DNA of 64,000 nucleotides from Takakia lepidozioides. Taxonomy: Eukaryota; Plantae; Bryophyta. The stretch is from the NCBI GenBank assembly GCA_030704615.1, contig CM060734.1:15066001-15130000 (forward strand), written 5' to 3'. This document shows, one piece after another, positions 11,616 through 25,035 of this stretch. The notes beneath the pieces were generated by a model that worked only from the letters and a program-made list of their open reading frames with translations, was not told where the DNA came from and did not search any database. Within the stretch, counting starts at the first letter, position 1. Each line of letters opens with the position of its first letter. Made by a program: the position numbers and the translations under genes.

Positions 11616-13398
11616 CTACTTAGAACCAGGATCACTTGGAGCTCCCGTAGCGCCAGAAAGAATCGAAGCTGCAGTAGCTGCATCCGGCACAGTCAACTGA
11701 ATGGTGCAATTCGTCAAATTCCCTTGAAAGATAGTACTTCCAATCGTGCGAGTGTTCGACACATTGTAAGTAGGTCCTGAACGCAGAGCTCCATGAGAGC
11801 GCATCATTTCACTCACCTCATTGAGAACCCCCTTGTCCTCCCAAAAATCCTCATCACTTAAGCGCGAGAGCTCATTAGGAGCACGAACAACAAGGGCCTT
11901 AGAATTCGATACTCCAACAGAATCGGCCAATGCTCAATGCAGAAACCGACGATGGCACATTCGCCAAGTGATCACCAGAAACCGAATCCAGACATTCAGG
12001 TGCACTAGTTGATGAGCCATCGGTTATAGCAAATCCCTGAAGCTTCTTGTAACGCGTGCGCTCCAAAATGTTGCTTCTGCAGTGCCAGGTACTGGTGGAG
12101 ATGTGTCGTGGGAGGCAGCACTAAAATATTCCATCGTGATCTATGTCATAACACATGTAACCCTCCCTAGAGGTGTGGCCTGTCATTCTCATCCCCAGTT
12201 CTGGAGGAACTCCCATTGCATTAAATCGACATATAGTAGTCACCCGTGCACTCTTGTTGGTATAGTTACCATCATGCGCCCCAGGAAGAGCAGCTACCAT
12301 CATTTTCAGCCATTTTGCGATCATCTTTACACCCACTCTTTTCTTTGCGTACTAGACGCCAGGCTCCGTGAGGTTGAGATTACCATTAATTGCTCGCAGA
12401 AAAAAAGGATGAAGAGGATCAAGATCCTTTTCATTCCACTTCGACCAATGAGACATATATGCCTCGAAGGTCTCAACGAGATCTGAATGATTACAAGTTA
12501 CTGATCGCCTCATTTTTTCCGACTGGCAGTGCAGCAAATCAACTTTGTGATTCTTAGTATCCCTCTCATCGAACCTGACATGCTTCCCATTGATATTGTC
12601 CTGGCAAATGGAAAAATCACAATCCATTATGTTGTACAATTCAGTTTGTGCACGTACACATAAATTGTGTATCACGTAGTATGCTACACGCAGCACATAG
12701 CCCCTTCTGTCAGTTCTGCACATCATTGGCAACGCTAATATTTGCTGTCCCATCTCGTGGGTGAGAGGAGAGATAATTTTTCTCTTACAGCCTATTCCCG
12801 CTCTCACAGACCTCTTCACAGCAATTAAGCAAGATATGCACATTTTTTTAAAACGAGGATCATCGATGATCACAAACTTCTCTGCCACTTCACTAGTCCT
12901 GACAGAATCGGCCTCCAATTTCCCCCTAATAATCCGTCCAATAGCGCGCAATAGTGTAACCAGGGTTTCACCGGGATAAAGTTTCCCGTCTTTGCGTTGT
13001 ACCTCCAACATAAACTGAGAAAGCATCTCCACAAGTTCCGGCAGGCGATGCACAAACATTTCTTCAATTGAGTCCATGCAAAGACCACCGGTGACCTTCC
13101 TCCAGTCTTCAAACCGGTTCCTCCCCCAGCGCTCCATATATAGTGATTTTCGTGGCCCTCCCTTCTTCAATTCCTCGACCTCTTCTTTGTCAAGCTGCCG
13201 AAATCCACGTCGGAGTAGGTCGAATTCTTTTGCCATTGTCTCCGCCGTTAGTGAACATTTTGACCGATTATCCCTTTCAAATTTATGTAGTAAAAACTTG
13301 GACCAAAATTTGATTGCCCACAATCTAAAGAAGTATTTGCCTTTACCCATGGTTTTTCCATACAATGTTGAAAGGATCATCAAAATGTGAACATTCAT
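11616..13398 (-). pseudogene. Crypton-like / DUF3504-type tyrosine recombinase with a premature stop
   Basis: FMLEVQRKDGKLYPGETL, DPRF, GIG, LCVRAQTE (catalytic R), ERDTKN (K), PFFL, V*Y (TAG at 12352, likely from TGG), TNKSAR, TGH.S..GY..Y; downstream IFQGNLTNCTIQ tail. Confidence 0.85.
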
Positions 13399-13909
13399 GA
13401 CTATGAATTGTTGTTACAGGAAACTACTAAATGACAATGACTTTGATACCACAAGGGTCCATGCAAAATTCTAATCAGTAAATATTTCCTATCCCTTTAT
13501 CTATTTCTGAACATTCCATTGAAAACTATGCATCATACCCCCGCTTCTTTGCTATGGCCGAGCATGCTACAATTTGATATTTTCCCTTTATATCTTTGTC
13601 TCACAAAAATAATGGATACTAAAGGATCGCGGTTTACTAATGCTTTTAGTACCATAAAGTGAGATACTTGGTGATGTCTAATGTTATCCACTGTCTGCTG
13701 TGCGCCATGACTAAGATTGTCAAATAGTAGACCGAGCTCTGCATCCATCCAAATCCATGATGTAAGTTACATGAACATAGTCTTCATAGTCTTGAAAATT
13801 GATTCTTAACTCCATTGTTTGTATTCTTCTGTCCATATACTTCAAGAGCATTACATATGATAGTGCAAACTTTTATCCATGCAACAAATTTATCATCCTA
13901 AACATACCT

Positions 13910-14880
13910 TCCAAAAACTTTTGCAGAACGTTGGTCATGTCATTCCGTAAGAGCAAGTGTCATTTTCCCTGTCATGATCTCCATTGTGTCATAGAATGGC
14001 AAAATCAATTGTCGAAAACATGTTCTGGCCGTTGGTAATGCCGACTGGCTGGATGCAGCTTTGTTCATAGAGATAAAGATCTTCTCCTCGTTGAAATATT
14101 GTGAGTCGGTACAAAACTTGTGCAAACTATATCTTTCGTCGAAAGACATTGTCTTCACAAGGTTTTCAAAGTTCAACCGAAGGGCCAACGGAAAATCATG
14201 GTCGTACTCGCACACAGATATAAACTCTTCTGCAGTGAATGCCATCTTTGCACTAAATACAGTTAGAAGGGTTTCCACAGAAAAGTCCTTATTGAGCTCC
14301 CAAGTTCTTCATACTTCTTAGTAGATCAGGGTCAATTTACTCCTGAATTTTCTCCAAGCTATGAATGGCAATGAAAAATCCTTCCTTCCTTCAGATCTCT
14401 TTCACAACGTGCTAAAGGTAAAGCTTCTGGGAACCTTTTGTCCATATGCAATAATCATAAACATAAGAAAGCCAAAGAACGCAACATCGCTCTTTATTCG
14501 TTTGGAAAGAAATGTGGAGTCATTCAAGTGATTTGCTGCAGGTGGGGGATCTGGAGAGCCAAACACAGAGGGAAGGTACTGCAGCCAAAAATACAAGAAA
14601 CACCAATGTTAAAGTATAAAGAAAAAAAACGTATACCTCGACAGTTCTTCAATGAAAACAATTTTAAAAAAAAATCATTAGCCCTGAATTGCTTCCACGC
14701 TGAAGTTAGAAAATTTCGAGTATGACCACCAACGTCAATAGTCTTGTCTTCAAGAACATATATTCCACTGAGGTACTCGACATAGATTGGTGGGATGCAT
14801 ACACCAAGCTCATAGTGTTCATCGAAAAAACTCCGTAATGTGAACAATTCATACCCGGAGTGGTCTACACATACAATCCT
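13910..14880 (-). pseudogene. HECT-type E3 ubiquitin ligase domain (multi-exon, degraded)
   Basis: IDVGGHTRNFL (N-lobe DxGGxxREF), FFGFLM, LHKFCT, LPTARTCFRQLILPFY...KM.LALTE (catalytic Cys motif), FG shortly after. Confidence 0.85.
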
Positions 14881-15097
14881 TGAGACATTAATAAATGAAG
14901 AACCACAAAAAATATTAATATGTATTTGATATTATTTTAATATATATATATATATATATATATTGGTAGGGCTACATTCCTATCACTACATCATCAGAAA
15001 CCACTAAATAACATATTTGATTGAACATGTTCACAATAAAGTTATAATTTTAACAACTTAAATATGTATTATAAAATTATAAAAAATAAAAAATACC

Positions 15098-17450
15098 TGT
15101 AACTCTCGTTTGGAAGGCAAATGCAGTAGAACACGTGTGTAGCTTATCATCAAATATTTGAGAAAGTGTTGTACTTGGGCTTCATATGCAGCTGTATATT
15201 CTCTCATTGCTCTTCGCAGCTCCAAGGCCTGTAAGTCCACCACACTACTCCCTTCCGATAAGTTGATCACATTGTTGGATGTACTTCGAGATACTGCATC
15301 CCTCCGTCGTCATGGTCTCCAAAACATTAACTTTGCTATCAGTTCCCAATTTTTCCAGTCCACAGATGCGTGTTCCTCAAACATAGTTTGGATATCAAAT
15401 TTGAGCAGGCTATCAACCACGGCGTCTCTTCCAGCAATGCCTCTACCTCATCTACTTGGGTCTTGTTAAGACCCAAGTGATTTCTCCACCGAGCAACCAA
15501 CATAGTCAAAATAGATCCTCTCTTTGAGTTACCGTGATCACTGGCATCATCACATGCATCTTTGGCCCCCTCCAGGTATAAGCAGAAATTGTTCTATTTT
15601 TTTTATTTTCTCTTCACATGCAAACATATTTGAATCCTCAAACCGATCACATAGATCAACAACCTCCATTTGTCTAATCGCTCCACTCCTTTGAGAATCT
15701 GATCGATATTCATCTGTATCCATAGAAGACAATGTAGATAAACCTGACATTGTGGACCGGCTGTTAGAAAGAGAAATTGGGGCACGGGAGGTGGAACATT
15801 GCTGACCACTAGAAATGGTACCGGACCCAGTGGTTGAACAATTATTCAATGACCCAAACATTCGTCCTCTACCATTGGTACCTCTCTGGTATGAACCAGT
15901 TTGCATTTTTTCATGAGAGTGAGAATCAGAGAGTGTTGGTGATGTTAACTGTGGTTTGTGCAAATGTCTTGCACGAACATTTCGTGTAGCCGGTGTTGGG
16001 CTGATATCGTGAGCTGTGGTAGATCCATGATCAACACACGTTCTTCGTGTCGCATTGATATGTGCAGTGGATGGACTTGATGTGAGATTTTTGCCGCCAA
16101 CGTTATAATCTTTAGTACACTCTTCTTCACAATCAACTTCAACGTCTTCATCCACAATGAATGATCTTCTCTTTAGTAACTCAGCTGATGCAACATAATT
16201 GTCAACTTGCCAAGGTAGTAGTATCTCCTTTGGATCTGGTATATAGATAATCTGTGCTAACCAACAACAATAATACATTTGTGATATTAATCCAATATTT
16301 TGATAAGGTGCTAATCATAACTATAGTTCTATGGAGGTAGATTCAGGTAAACTCTGTTAACAGACAGTTTGACATTTGACGTGTACATTTTGTAACTAAA
16401 ATATTTATGACATCTGATGCATCAAGTATAAAGAAAATGACATCCTTAATAACTGAAGAAGGGTTTTAGGGATCATAATATGAACCTTGGGTTTTCCATT
16501 CTTTCTTGCTTGGAAGATGTGACCATGGGATGTCTTTGCTAAGTGCTTAGGAAAAAAATTGAATCCGGTCCACCAGCTATCAATCCAACTCCAGATCTGA
16601 CAACGTCTTTTCCATTGCTCACATGAAAAAACAAGCCGGCAATATTCGCATACCTTGGCCTCTTATAAAATTTTGCTGCTGCCAGAGCAATTGTTTTTTG
16701 ACCAGTTCCATCTTCAAATGGTTCATGATCTGGATGTCCATAGGCCCCACCCCATTTTGTATCAGGTGGCAAATTGACACAAAAACTCCTTTGTGGTTGA
16801 TGTAACTATTCTCATTAGTTGCATTTCTCCGGTTTCTTCATTTGTATGTTGAATAGTCTTCACCTCCAAAGGACAAGCAATATGACGTTCCAGTGCGTTC
16901 AACTGGTGCAGTAGGCCTTGAGCGTAGTAGTCCTCCATGTGATGAATGATGACTTGGATATCTCGTTGATGGATATCTTCCGACAAGTGATCTTGAAGTC
17001 CGAAGTGTGCTCCCTGAAGGTGTTCTTGGATGTATTAGACCATGATGTGGCCCTTGCATGAATTCACGTGGGAAGTTAAAACCATAGCTCTCGCTCACCT
17101 CTTGCGACAAGTTTGTGATGTTATAAGGGTCGTTCAAGAAAAGGGTTAGTCTAGAGGTAGAATTCCCGGGCAAATTAGGGCTAGTTAGAAAAGGAATATT
17201 AGTGCTTGTTTCAGCCGACAATAATCGTCCGTCAATTGTAATGGACTCATGAGAAGACATGATAGTCGAGGGAGAACACAAGCCCAATTGGTGATATCCC
17301 TAATGTGTTGACATTATCTCTTGTAAACCTCCTGCAAACATATAAGATGACAAGGTCAATTACTAAAATCTGCAGTGTTTTCTCTCGCAACATTGCAATC
17401 TTCGACTTGATCAAGGAAAGGTCATATGGTATTGGCCGTGCACCCAATTG
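15098..17450 (-). pseudogene. Probable upstream exons of the HECT gene (unknown N-terminal domain plus Ser/Thr-rich linker)
   Basis: Chain of co-oriented ORF pieces separated by AT-rich intron-like gaps; CAG|GTA donor near 15098; frameshifts present. Confidence 0.5.
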
Positions 17451-18349
17451 CTAAAAAGAAAAGAAATCAATATGACTTCTTCATACTCTACTTCACACAA
17501 TTCCAAAAGCCATTGCTTATCTAGGTACCATTGAATTTAGAACCATGAGATACATTTCTAAATGTGTAGATGAGAAAACAACATGATGCTGTGTGCTACT
17601 CCATGATAGTATTTGGGAATTGCAATGCTTACTTGTGTAGCTTGAGCTGCGTATGTGCACACACTGCTGGTGAACTTGAAGGAACAAAGAAGGTGTTGAA
17701 GATGAAGCAATGAAAATTTGAAGAAACCCAATAGACTATAGTGCAAAACTTGAAGCAAATTACAGTCGAGAGATGATAAAAATGCTTGTAAGCAATGCTA
17801 ATGGGAAAAGCTGCATATCAACACACACTACTTTTTGAACTAGAGCAAATTAGACTTGAAGAAACAAACAAGGTGTTGACGTTGAAGCTACAAATCGGAC
17901 TTGAGAGACACTGAAGACGCTCATAAGCAATGCAACCTGAAAAGGTGAAGGGTTAGAAGTGGTGTACTATGCATTTCAAATATGAACCAAGTACGTACAA
18001 TGTACTTCAAATTTTACTTTATTGTTTCATTGCAAGTGGCTGAAAACACTTTGTAGGCGCTCATCATGTATGTCATAGTCATTGGCCCACCATTTCAAAA
18101 CCTCACTCATTGTTGGACATAAATCATTAATAGAGGTGGAGCATAACCGAAGTCAGTATTACCTGTGCACACATCACTATTCATGAATGCTCCTCACACT
18201 TTTTATAGATTTCCGATCCACTTTGTATAAATATAGCCACCTTGTATGAACATAGTTGCCCTTTTACACTCTAATAATAAATAAATATTAATATATATTT
18301 TATATATTCGCTGAAAACAATGTTTTGAGCGGCTCAAAACATACATATT

Positions 18350-18822
18350 GTCCCTGGACAACCATTTAGGCATTTTTGTGCTGGTAATTATTTCAACCAA
18401 ACAGAAGATACAGCATAGCACATTTCTCAAACCATTTCTCACATTAGGCATCTTCATGCTATAAGTTTTTAGAATTAGGTACATGAGAAGAGAAAATATT
18501 TATTTTTAGGCTGGGGCCTTTCGAAGTTACATGGAGCTCTCGCAAATAGATTGGGATTTGTAGGAAATTATTTCCGCACGCATATATTTGTATTGATTTT
18601 TGTTCAATGAAAATTTCATCTTATTACAAACAACATGAGAAGAGGCTTGGAAGTTTTTTGCTGGAATTTTTAGGCATTAGGCTCTTTGGTCCCATAGTTT
18701 CCGAACAATTAGGCCAAAATCTGAGAAATTCCCCGAATGTATTTGGCACTTTCATTTTGAATCAATTGTCTAAAATATATATATATTTTTAAAAATTGTC
18801 GCCTAAATGGTTGTCCGGGGAC
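18350..18822. repeat. 22-bp inverted repeat pair enclosing about 430 bp of AT-rich DNA (MITE-like or element terminus)
   Basis: gtccctggacaaccatttaggc (18350-18371) vs reverse complement of 18801-18822, 1 mismatch; no TSD seen. Confidence 0.65.
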
Positions 18823-18869
18823 GGTACTAGGGCACTTAGTAATTCTTAGCTACACAAAACATGTATAAC

Positions 18870-19021
18870 GGGGCTGTGGCCTATTGATAAGCCAATTGTT
18901 TATAAACCAGTGGGCCTAGGGTTCAAAGCCTTAGTAGTCTTTTTGCCTTTGGGCTAAGCTCTGCCCTTGTAATGCCTCTGGGGCTTTGCTGTTGTTTCCT
19001 CAGAAACCAAGAAAATAAAAA
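18870..19021 (+). mobile_element. tRNA-derived SINE-like element
   Basis: GGGGCTGTGGCCTATTG (A-box-like), GGTTCAAAGCC (B box) at tRNA-like spacing, A-rich tail. Confidence 0.55.
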
Positions 19022-19978
19022 TGTCTGGAAAAGTGTTCAACCTGAGCCACTATGCTCACTCAAGTACTTAAATAGTATATATCTGGTTGAAGTTAAATAT
19101 TTTTGAAATACCAAAATTACCTAAATATATTTGGGAGGCTTAATTTTCCTTTTATAAAAACATTTATTGGAAAGATTGTTAGTCCTGAAAGGACATATTT
19201 TATTGTATTTCACAATATCATGGGGCTTTCAAATACTTAAGTAATGGCGTAGGAAGTTAAGAGCTAAAGAACCTCATTGGGGGCGATGGCGGAGCTGCGC
19301 CCAACAGTCGCTTCGTCTCTCTCCTCTCATCCCCCCAGTCCCATGCTTTGCAGCACCCCATTGTGCTTTTACTAGTCGTTTTCAGGATCTACTCAATGCT
19401 AGCTATCCATCCATATGATTTACAATATCTTTCCAACATCTTTCCCACAAATCCAACACTTCCCCCTCATTCATCCAATCTGTCCAACACATCTCCAAGG
19501 CGGAACTAGTTAGTACCCTCAAGCTCATACCATTTACAAACACAGGCCCTGACTCAAGTACACTTCCCAAGGAGGTCTCCCTTCTGTGTACATAAACCTT
19601 CAAACTTTAGTTCATATCTGATATATCTGTCTTCCATGGTCTGCAATCATCAATGACACGGTCGACTGCGCAATCTAGCAGCCGCCTCTATTAATGACCT
19701 TGCACCTCAAAGCGGCTATGGCAGGTTGTTCTTACCTACCCAAGGGGCCTTGCATGATGCATGTCTTTGGGTAATTACAAATGGGACAGTTTAATGCTAT
19801 GTGATCTACAGTCGAGCCGGATCCATGAAGAAGCTTATCAGAAGAAACTAATTATCTAAGAACCCCCAGCCAAATCCCGCGCTCCCAGCCCGCCAAGCTA
19901 AGCAAAAGTGTTCTCTATCGCTTCTACCGCTTGATAGTCACAGTAACCGGTAGCTGCCTCCACTTCAAGCTTTTCACA

Positions 19979-21153
19979 ATGTTTCCTCCAAGCTACGAGC
20001 AATTTAGAATGAGAAGCTCAGCTCGAGGCAGGGGACAGCACAAAGGGCCCACCCGATCACACTACGTGCCAACAGCCCGACCAACCTCCGGAACAGGATA
20101 TTTCCTCGCACACCAAGCTCAATCCGTAGGAGGTGGAGGGGAGAGAAGGATGCAGCCGAACACAATGGAGACAGCAGCGACACCTCACCCGCCTGCGATC
20201 CCAGTCACCCAGCAAGGCCCACCACCAATGCAAGCAACTCAGGATGCACAGGGAACACTGGCAATGTTCACACCTGCAAAACAACAGGAAGAAGTAAACG
20301 AGCTTCAGAAACAGGTGGAAGATGACCTGGGGATGGACGACCTCATTACCACGCAGGAGGCCCTCGGTGGGGACCACCAGATAGTACCGGTGGATATTCC
20401 AGACCTCATCAACAGGGTATCATGCATGGAGGACAACAGTATACTGGTCCACTTCCGTGGTAAGAAAGTAGCAGATCATTTGTGAGAGACTGGGCAATCA
20501 GGCACTTGGGAGGGACAGGAGAGCTCCTGCATCACTTCTGCCATGCCAAGGGGAGGGGCTTTTTCTCGTTGCAATTTGAATCACAAGAGGCCGCTGCAAA
20601 AGCTCTCAAGATTAACCCACACTTACTGGGGTTCAATGTAAACATCTTTCCATGGTCAGCAAAAATGGGACACAAAAATGGAAAAGTGTGGGGACCAAGG
20701 ATTGTATCCCTCCCTTATATTCCAGATCAATATCTGCTCAACATCCCTGACATTGCCAACCACTTTGGATCCTTTCTGGGTTGCTTAGGAGTGTTTGACC
20801 CACTCATGTGCACGGATAGCATCAGGAAGCACCCGGCCTGGAAAAATGCTACAATCGCATCTAGGCTAAATGACAAAGGATTCGCAAAAATGGTGCTGAT
20901 GATGCCAGAGGAAGCCACACTGCCAAACTACGTCAGGCTCCCCATTGATGAAGAAGGCAATTACTTCACAATCAGACTGTTGGAGGAAGCAGCCTCGGCA
21001 AAATGCTTTAACTGTGGGAAAATAGGCCACATCAAAGTAGACTGCCCTTCAGCAGAGAGGAAACGCTCCCCAGGAATAGGAGGGAAGGTGGGGCCACGAC
21101 AGCCACTCAAGTGGTCAACACTGGAGGAAAAAGGAAACCCGACCTCAGGCTGA
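19979..21153 (+). pseudogene. LINE ORF1 (DUF4283-like region plus CCHC knuckle), frameshift near 20482
   Basis: KGRGFFSLQFES...NIFPWS; CFNCGKIGHIKVDC. Confidence 0.8.
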
Positions 21154-22460
21154 GTCAGTTCAGGCAGCTGGGAAACTAACCCAACACACCGATCTGCTGC
21201 AGATCAGCCCAACACCAAGGGAAGCAAAGACACATGTACAGCCCATAGATCCCATGTATCTTGAAGCGGGGAGGATGCACCCACCAGCTCACAAAGGAAA
21301 AGGGAAATGTTCTGAGCAAGGGTAGGATAAGCAACCAAAACCTCAGAAAGCAGGTCTGAAACCGGAACTGGATCCAAGAGGCATCTACAGAAGCATGCTG
21401 TCAGGCATAGCAAGTAACCCGATCTTGGCTAGATTGTGCCTCAGTAGACTCAACACATACACCAAACTGGTACTGGGAGGATGCTCACAGCTAGACTAGG
21501 ATGATATGCCCAGAGCATCATATGTCACCCCCTTGATCTTCAGGAGAGGGGAACCACCCTCCATTCTCATTTCCTCGGGGAACATAGAATGTCTGGAATC
21601 GCTATGGATCACCACAGCTGATGTCAAGGCTTTCATTGCAACATATCCGCCAAATAGTGATCCATACCCCATGGTAATAGCAAAAATAAAGTACTTCTTC
21701 AAAACCCATCTCAAGCATTATCTGATCACGATGTATTCCACAATTACCTGGGGGGCATACAAGGAAATTCACCCGGGTCTCACTACCAAACCCTCCACCC
21801 ACATCCTGGCCCTTCTTGAGGAAGCAGAGGTGTATCATACCCCCGCACCTCCAGGGTCACTGTGGATTAATGAGACGGCACTTATCAGAGTCTGGGGGCA
21901 GGGTGGATTCAAAATCAGAACTAGAGACGCTTTACGAAGCACCTTCACCCTGCTCTCACAAGGCTGGACATGGACACAGAGGAGGAGAACCACCGTATGG
22001 AGCTGCAGAGAACCAAGGAGTACTTGGGGGGAGCCAGGCTGCCCACAGTCTCTTCATCATCAGTGGACTCAGTTTCGGGGGGAGCAGGAATGGCAACCTC
22101 GCCAGCCCCCCAAGCTCTGGAGTTCAAGTCCAATGATAAGGGTGAAGCCTCGCCACGCCTGCAACTCAATCACAAGAACCCAAACAAACCCAGGTACTGC
22201 CTATCACCCTTCCTTGTTTCATTTATCAGCCCATTGCTCGTGATGCAAAGAGATGTTGGTTACTATGCAGGAAGCCTGATCCGCGTCATAAGTCTGCCTC
22301 TAGACGGTCTATCCCTGCAATCCACATCCCCCCAAGTCAAGCAGGGGAGTCGAGAGACCCCCTGGCCCATGTCAGTCATGCCCTTCACCAAGCTATGGAA
22401 GGGGGATCACTAAACCAAAGGGTCACCCTTTCAGGTATCACAACCTGCCTTTTTCACCAA

Positions 22461-25035
22461 ATGCAGATTAATCTGACGTCTTGGAACATCCGGGGATTGG
22501 GACCAGACCCCTCCTCCTTGAAAAGAGTTAGGTTATCCTCGTACCTTAACCCCTTAGTTAACCAGACATCTATAGTCTTTATTCAGGAGCACAAACAGGA
22601 CCCAACCAAAATCGACAACCTCACAGATCACCTCTGGCCCAAAAATTTGTCATTATGGAAACCCACCTCAGAAGGGACACGTGGAGGCGCTGCAATGCTT
22701 TTCTCCCCTTCCACCCATGCACTCATCCTCTCAGAGGAATCCTGGATAGCGGGCAGAGCCCAGTTTTGCTCCCTATCCCTGCCAAACAACCTTGGAACAC
22801 TGGGATTAGTAAATATTTATGCCCCTAACAGTACCCTCGAAAGAATAGAATTTTGGTCGGAGTTGGATTCCAAGATGATGGCCCAGCAAGGAACACACCA
22901 ATGGCTCATTGCAGGGGACTTCAACATGGTGGAGCAATCTGTGGATAGAAGAGGCCTGGGGATGGCAGGAGCACTTTCGGAGGATGTAGACAGATGGCTG
23001 CAGCTGGCCCAAAATCATAACCTACTTGAAACAGACTGGATCCACCAGCAACCCAGCAGGGCAGAGCAACCATTCTTCACATGGACCAATGGTAGGGAAC
23101 TAGCACACCTACACATGGCACGGCTGGACAGGATTTACGCCTCAGCAAACATCATTCAATGGACATCCCGCCAAATCCAGGAACCCATACCAGTAGGCTT
23201 TGACCATGCACAAGTTTCAGCCACGCGCCATCTCCATTCCAAACACTCAGGCTAGGGGAAGAGGCATTTACAGACTGAATGCTTCCCTCCTGTCCATCCC
23301 TGCCTTCAAACAGGGACTATCCCTGGCTTGGGCACAGGTGGGAAATGGCACTATCAACCCCACAGATAGATTCCTGCTCAAACTTCAAGCGGCAGCTGCA
23401 GCCAGTAAAAAGCTTAGTAAACAGATCACGGAGGCAAGGAAAAGGAAGTTTCAGGCCCTATCAAAATGCCTTAAAGTATGCCAAATCAGTTTGGAATCCC
23501 CTAGATGCGACGAGGCCACTTACCAGACATATCTGGAGGCAAAGAAGAACTTACAACTCTTCCAAACACTCAAGGAAGAGAAGCTTAGGCTCCAGGCAGG
23601 CATAAACTGGGCGACAAAGGGAGAGAAGATGACCAATTTTTTTTTTGATAAAGCCAGGCAGAAAAGAGTGACCCAATCAATAGCTGAACTCAAGGATCCC
23701 ACCTCGGGCCTGTCGGCTTCTACCCCCAAAGAACTGGCGGCGATGGCAGTCACTCACTTCAGGAGTCAGTTTCACAGCGATTCCTGCTTCTCCCCTCAAA
23801 CCCCGGCTCAGATCCAAAGCCTAGAACAAACCCCAAAAAGGTTGCACCCCGCGGATGCCCCCTCCTTGGAAGGAGATTTTACAGACATAGAGTTACAAGA
23901 TGCCTTAGACAAGCTTCAGAACGGCAAATCCCCAGGGCTCGATGGTATCCCAGTGGAGTTCTACAAATCCATGTGGGGAGAAATATCCCAGGACTTCATA
24001 GATATGGCTAACCACATCTTTCTTACAAGGAATATGCCAGCCTATCTGTCGCAAGGAGTCATTATCCTGCTCTTCAAGAAGGGGGATAGGACAAACATTG
24101 GCATTATAGACCGATCACCCTGCTCAACGTGGCCTATAAGATAATTGCCAAAGCCCTCGCAATTCGCTTACAGCCCCTTCTTCCAATAATCATTCGGCCC
24201 AGTCCGACAGGCTTCATCAAGGGCAGGTATATCCTAGACAACTTATTATTAGCCCAGGAAATTCCAATCTTTGCAAAAAAGACGAACCAGGCCATTGCGA
24301 TGCTCCTCCTTGACTTTGAGAAAGCATTTGATAGAGTAGAATGGTCCTTCCTGCTCAGGGCACTCCGCAAAGTGGGTATATCCCAAGAATTCTGCACACG
24401 GGTCCAGACTCTATTGACAGGATCTTCAGGCCTCGGGGTTCAGAGTTAATTGGGGTAAAACATGCGCCCTTCTGGTGGGGGATACCTCAGCCTCGCCTCT
24501 GGGAGCAGACCCAACTTGGGGTCAAGAGAAAGGTCTCAGATGGCTGAAATCAGGGCAGTCAACCACCCTGCTTGGATACACGTATGGCATAGACCGAGTC
24601 ACAGATCAGCAGATTTTTGCAGCCACGCAAGCCAAGCTTAGAACCAAACTGGCACACTGGGGCAGTTACCATCTGTCTATCACCGGGAGGGTACTGCCAG
24701 CAAACCAAGTACTCTCCGCAGGTCAATGGTTCTTCGCCTCTGCATGGAGGCCCAATGAGGCGCAAATAAAGGAAATGAAGAAACTCCTTCGTAACTTTGT
24801 TTGGGGGGCAAAGCACCCATCCGAGAAAAAAAGGCCCCAAGTATCGTGGAAGCTGGGGCTAGGCATTATAGACCCTCAAACGCAAATCACGGCTCTACTT
24901 GCGAAATGGATACCAAGATTCCTACGACCAGAAGGACGAGCCTGGAAACACCTAGTCTATGACAACATTACCCTGGCCTCACCGCTTAAGACGGTTGCCT
25001 GGAACCCCTCCTACAGATGGGTGGTTCATGGCTAA
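22461..25035 (+). pseudogene. LINE ORF2 (APE endonuclease plus reverse transcriptase), frameshifted
   Basis: SWNIRGL, IQEH, NIYAPN, GDFN, RLDRIY, KSPGLDG, GFIKGRYI.DN, LDFEKAFDRV; YADD region missing. Confidence 0.9.

Noticed and set aside
11616-13398. DIRS/Ngaro retrotransposon or prophage integrase
   Set aside because: No linked RT/RNase H or phage genes; the motifs fit the DUF3504/Crypton type
7218-18822. Terminal inverted repeats GTCCC...GGGAC defining the recombinase element
   Set aside because: Only 5 bp match at the left end and no TSD; insufficient to call boundaries
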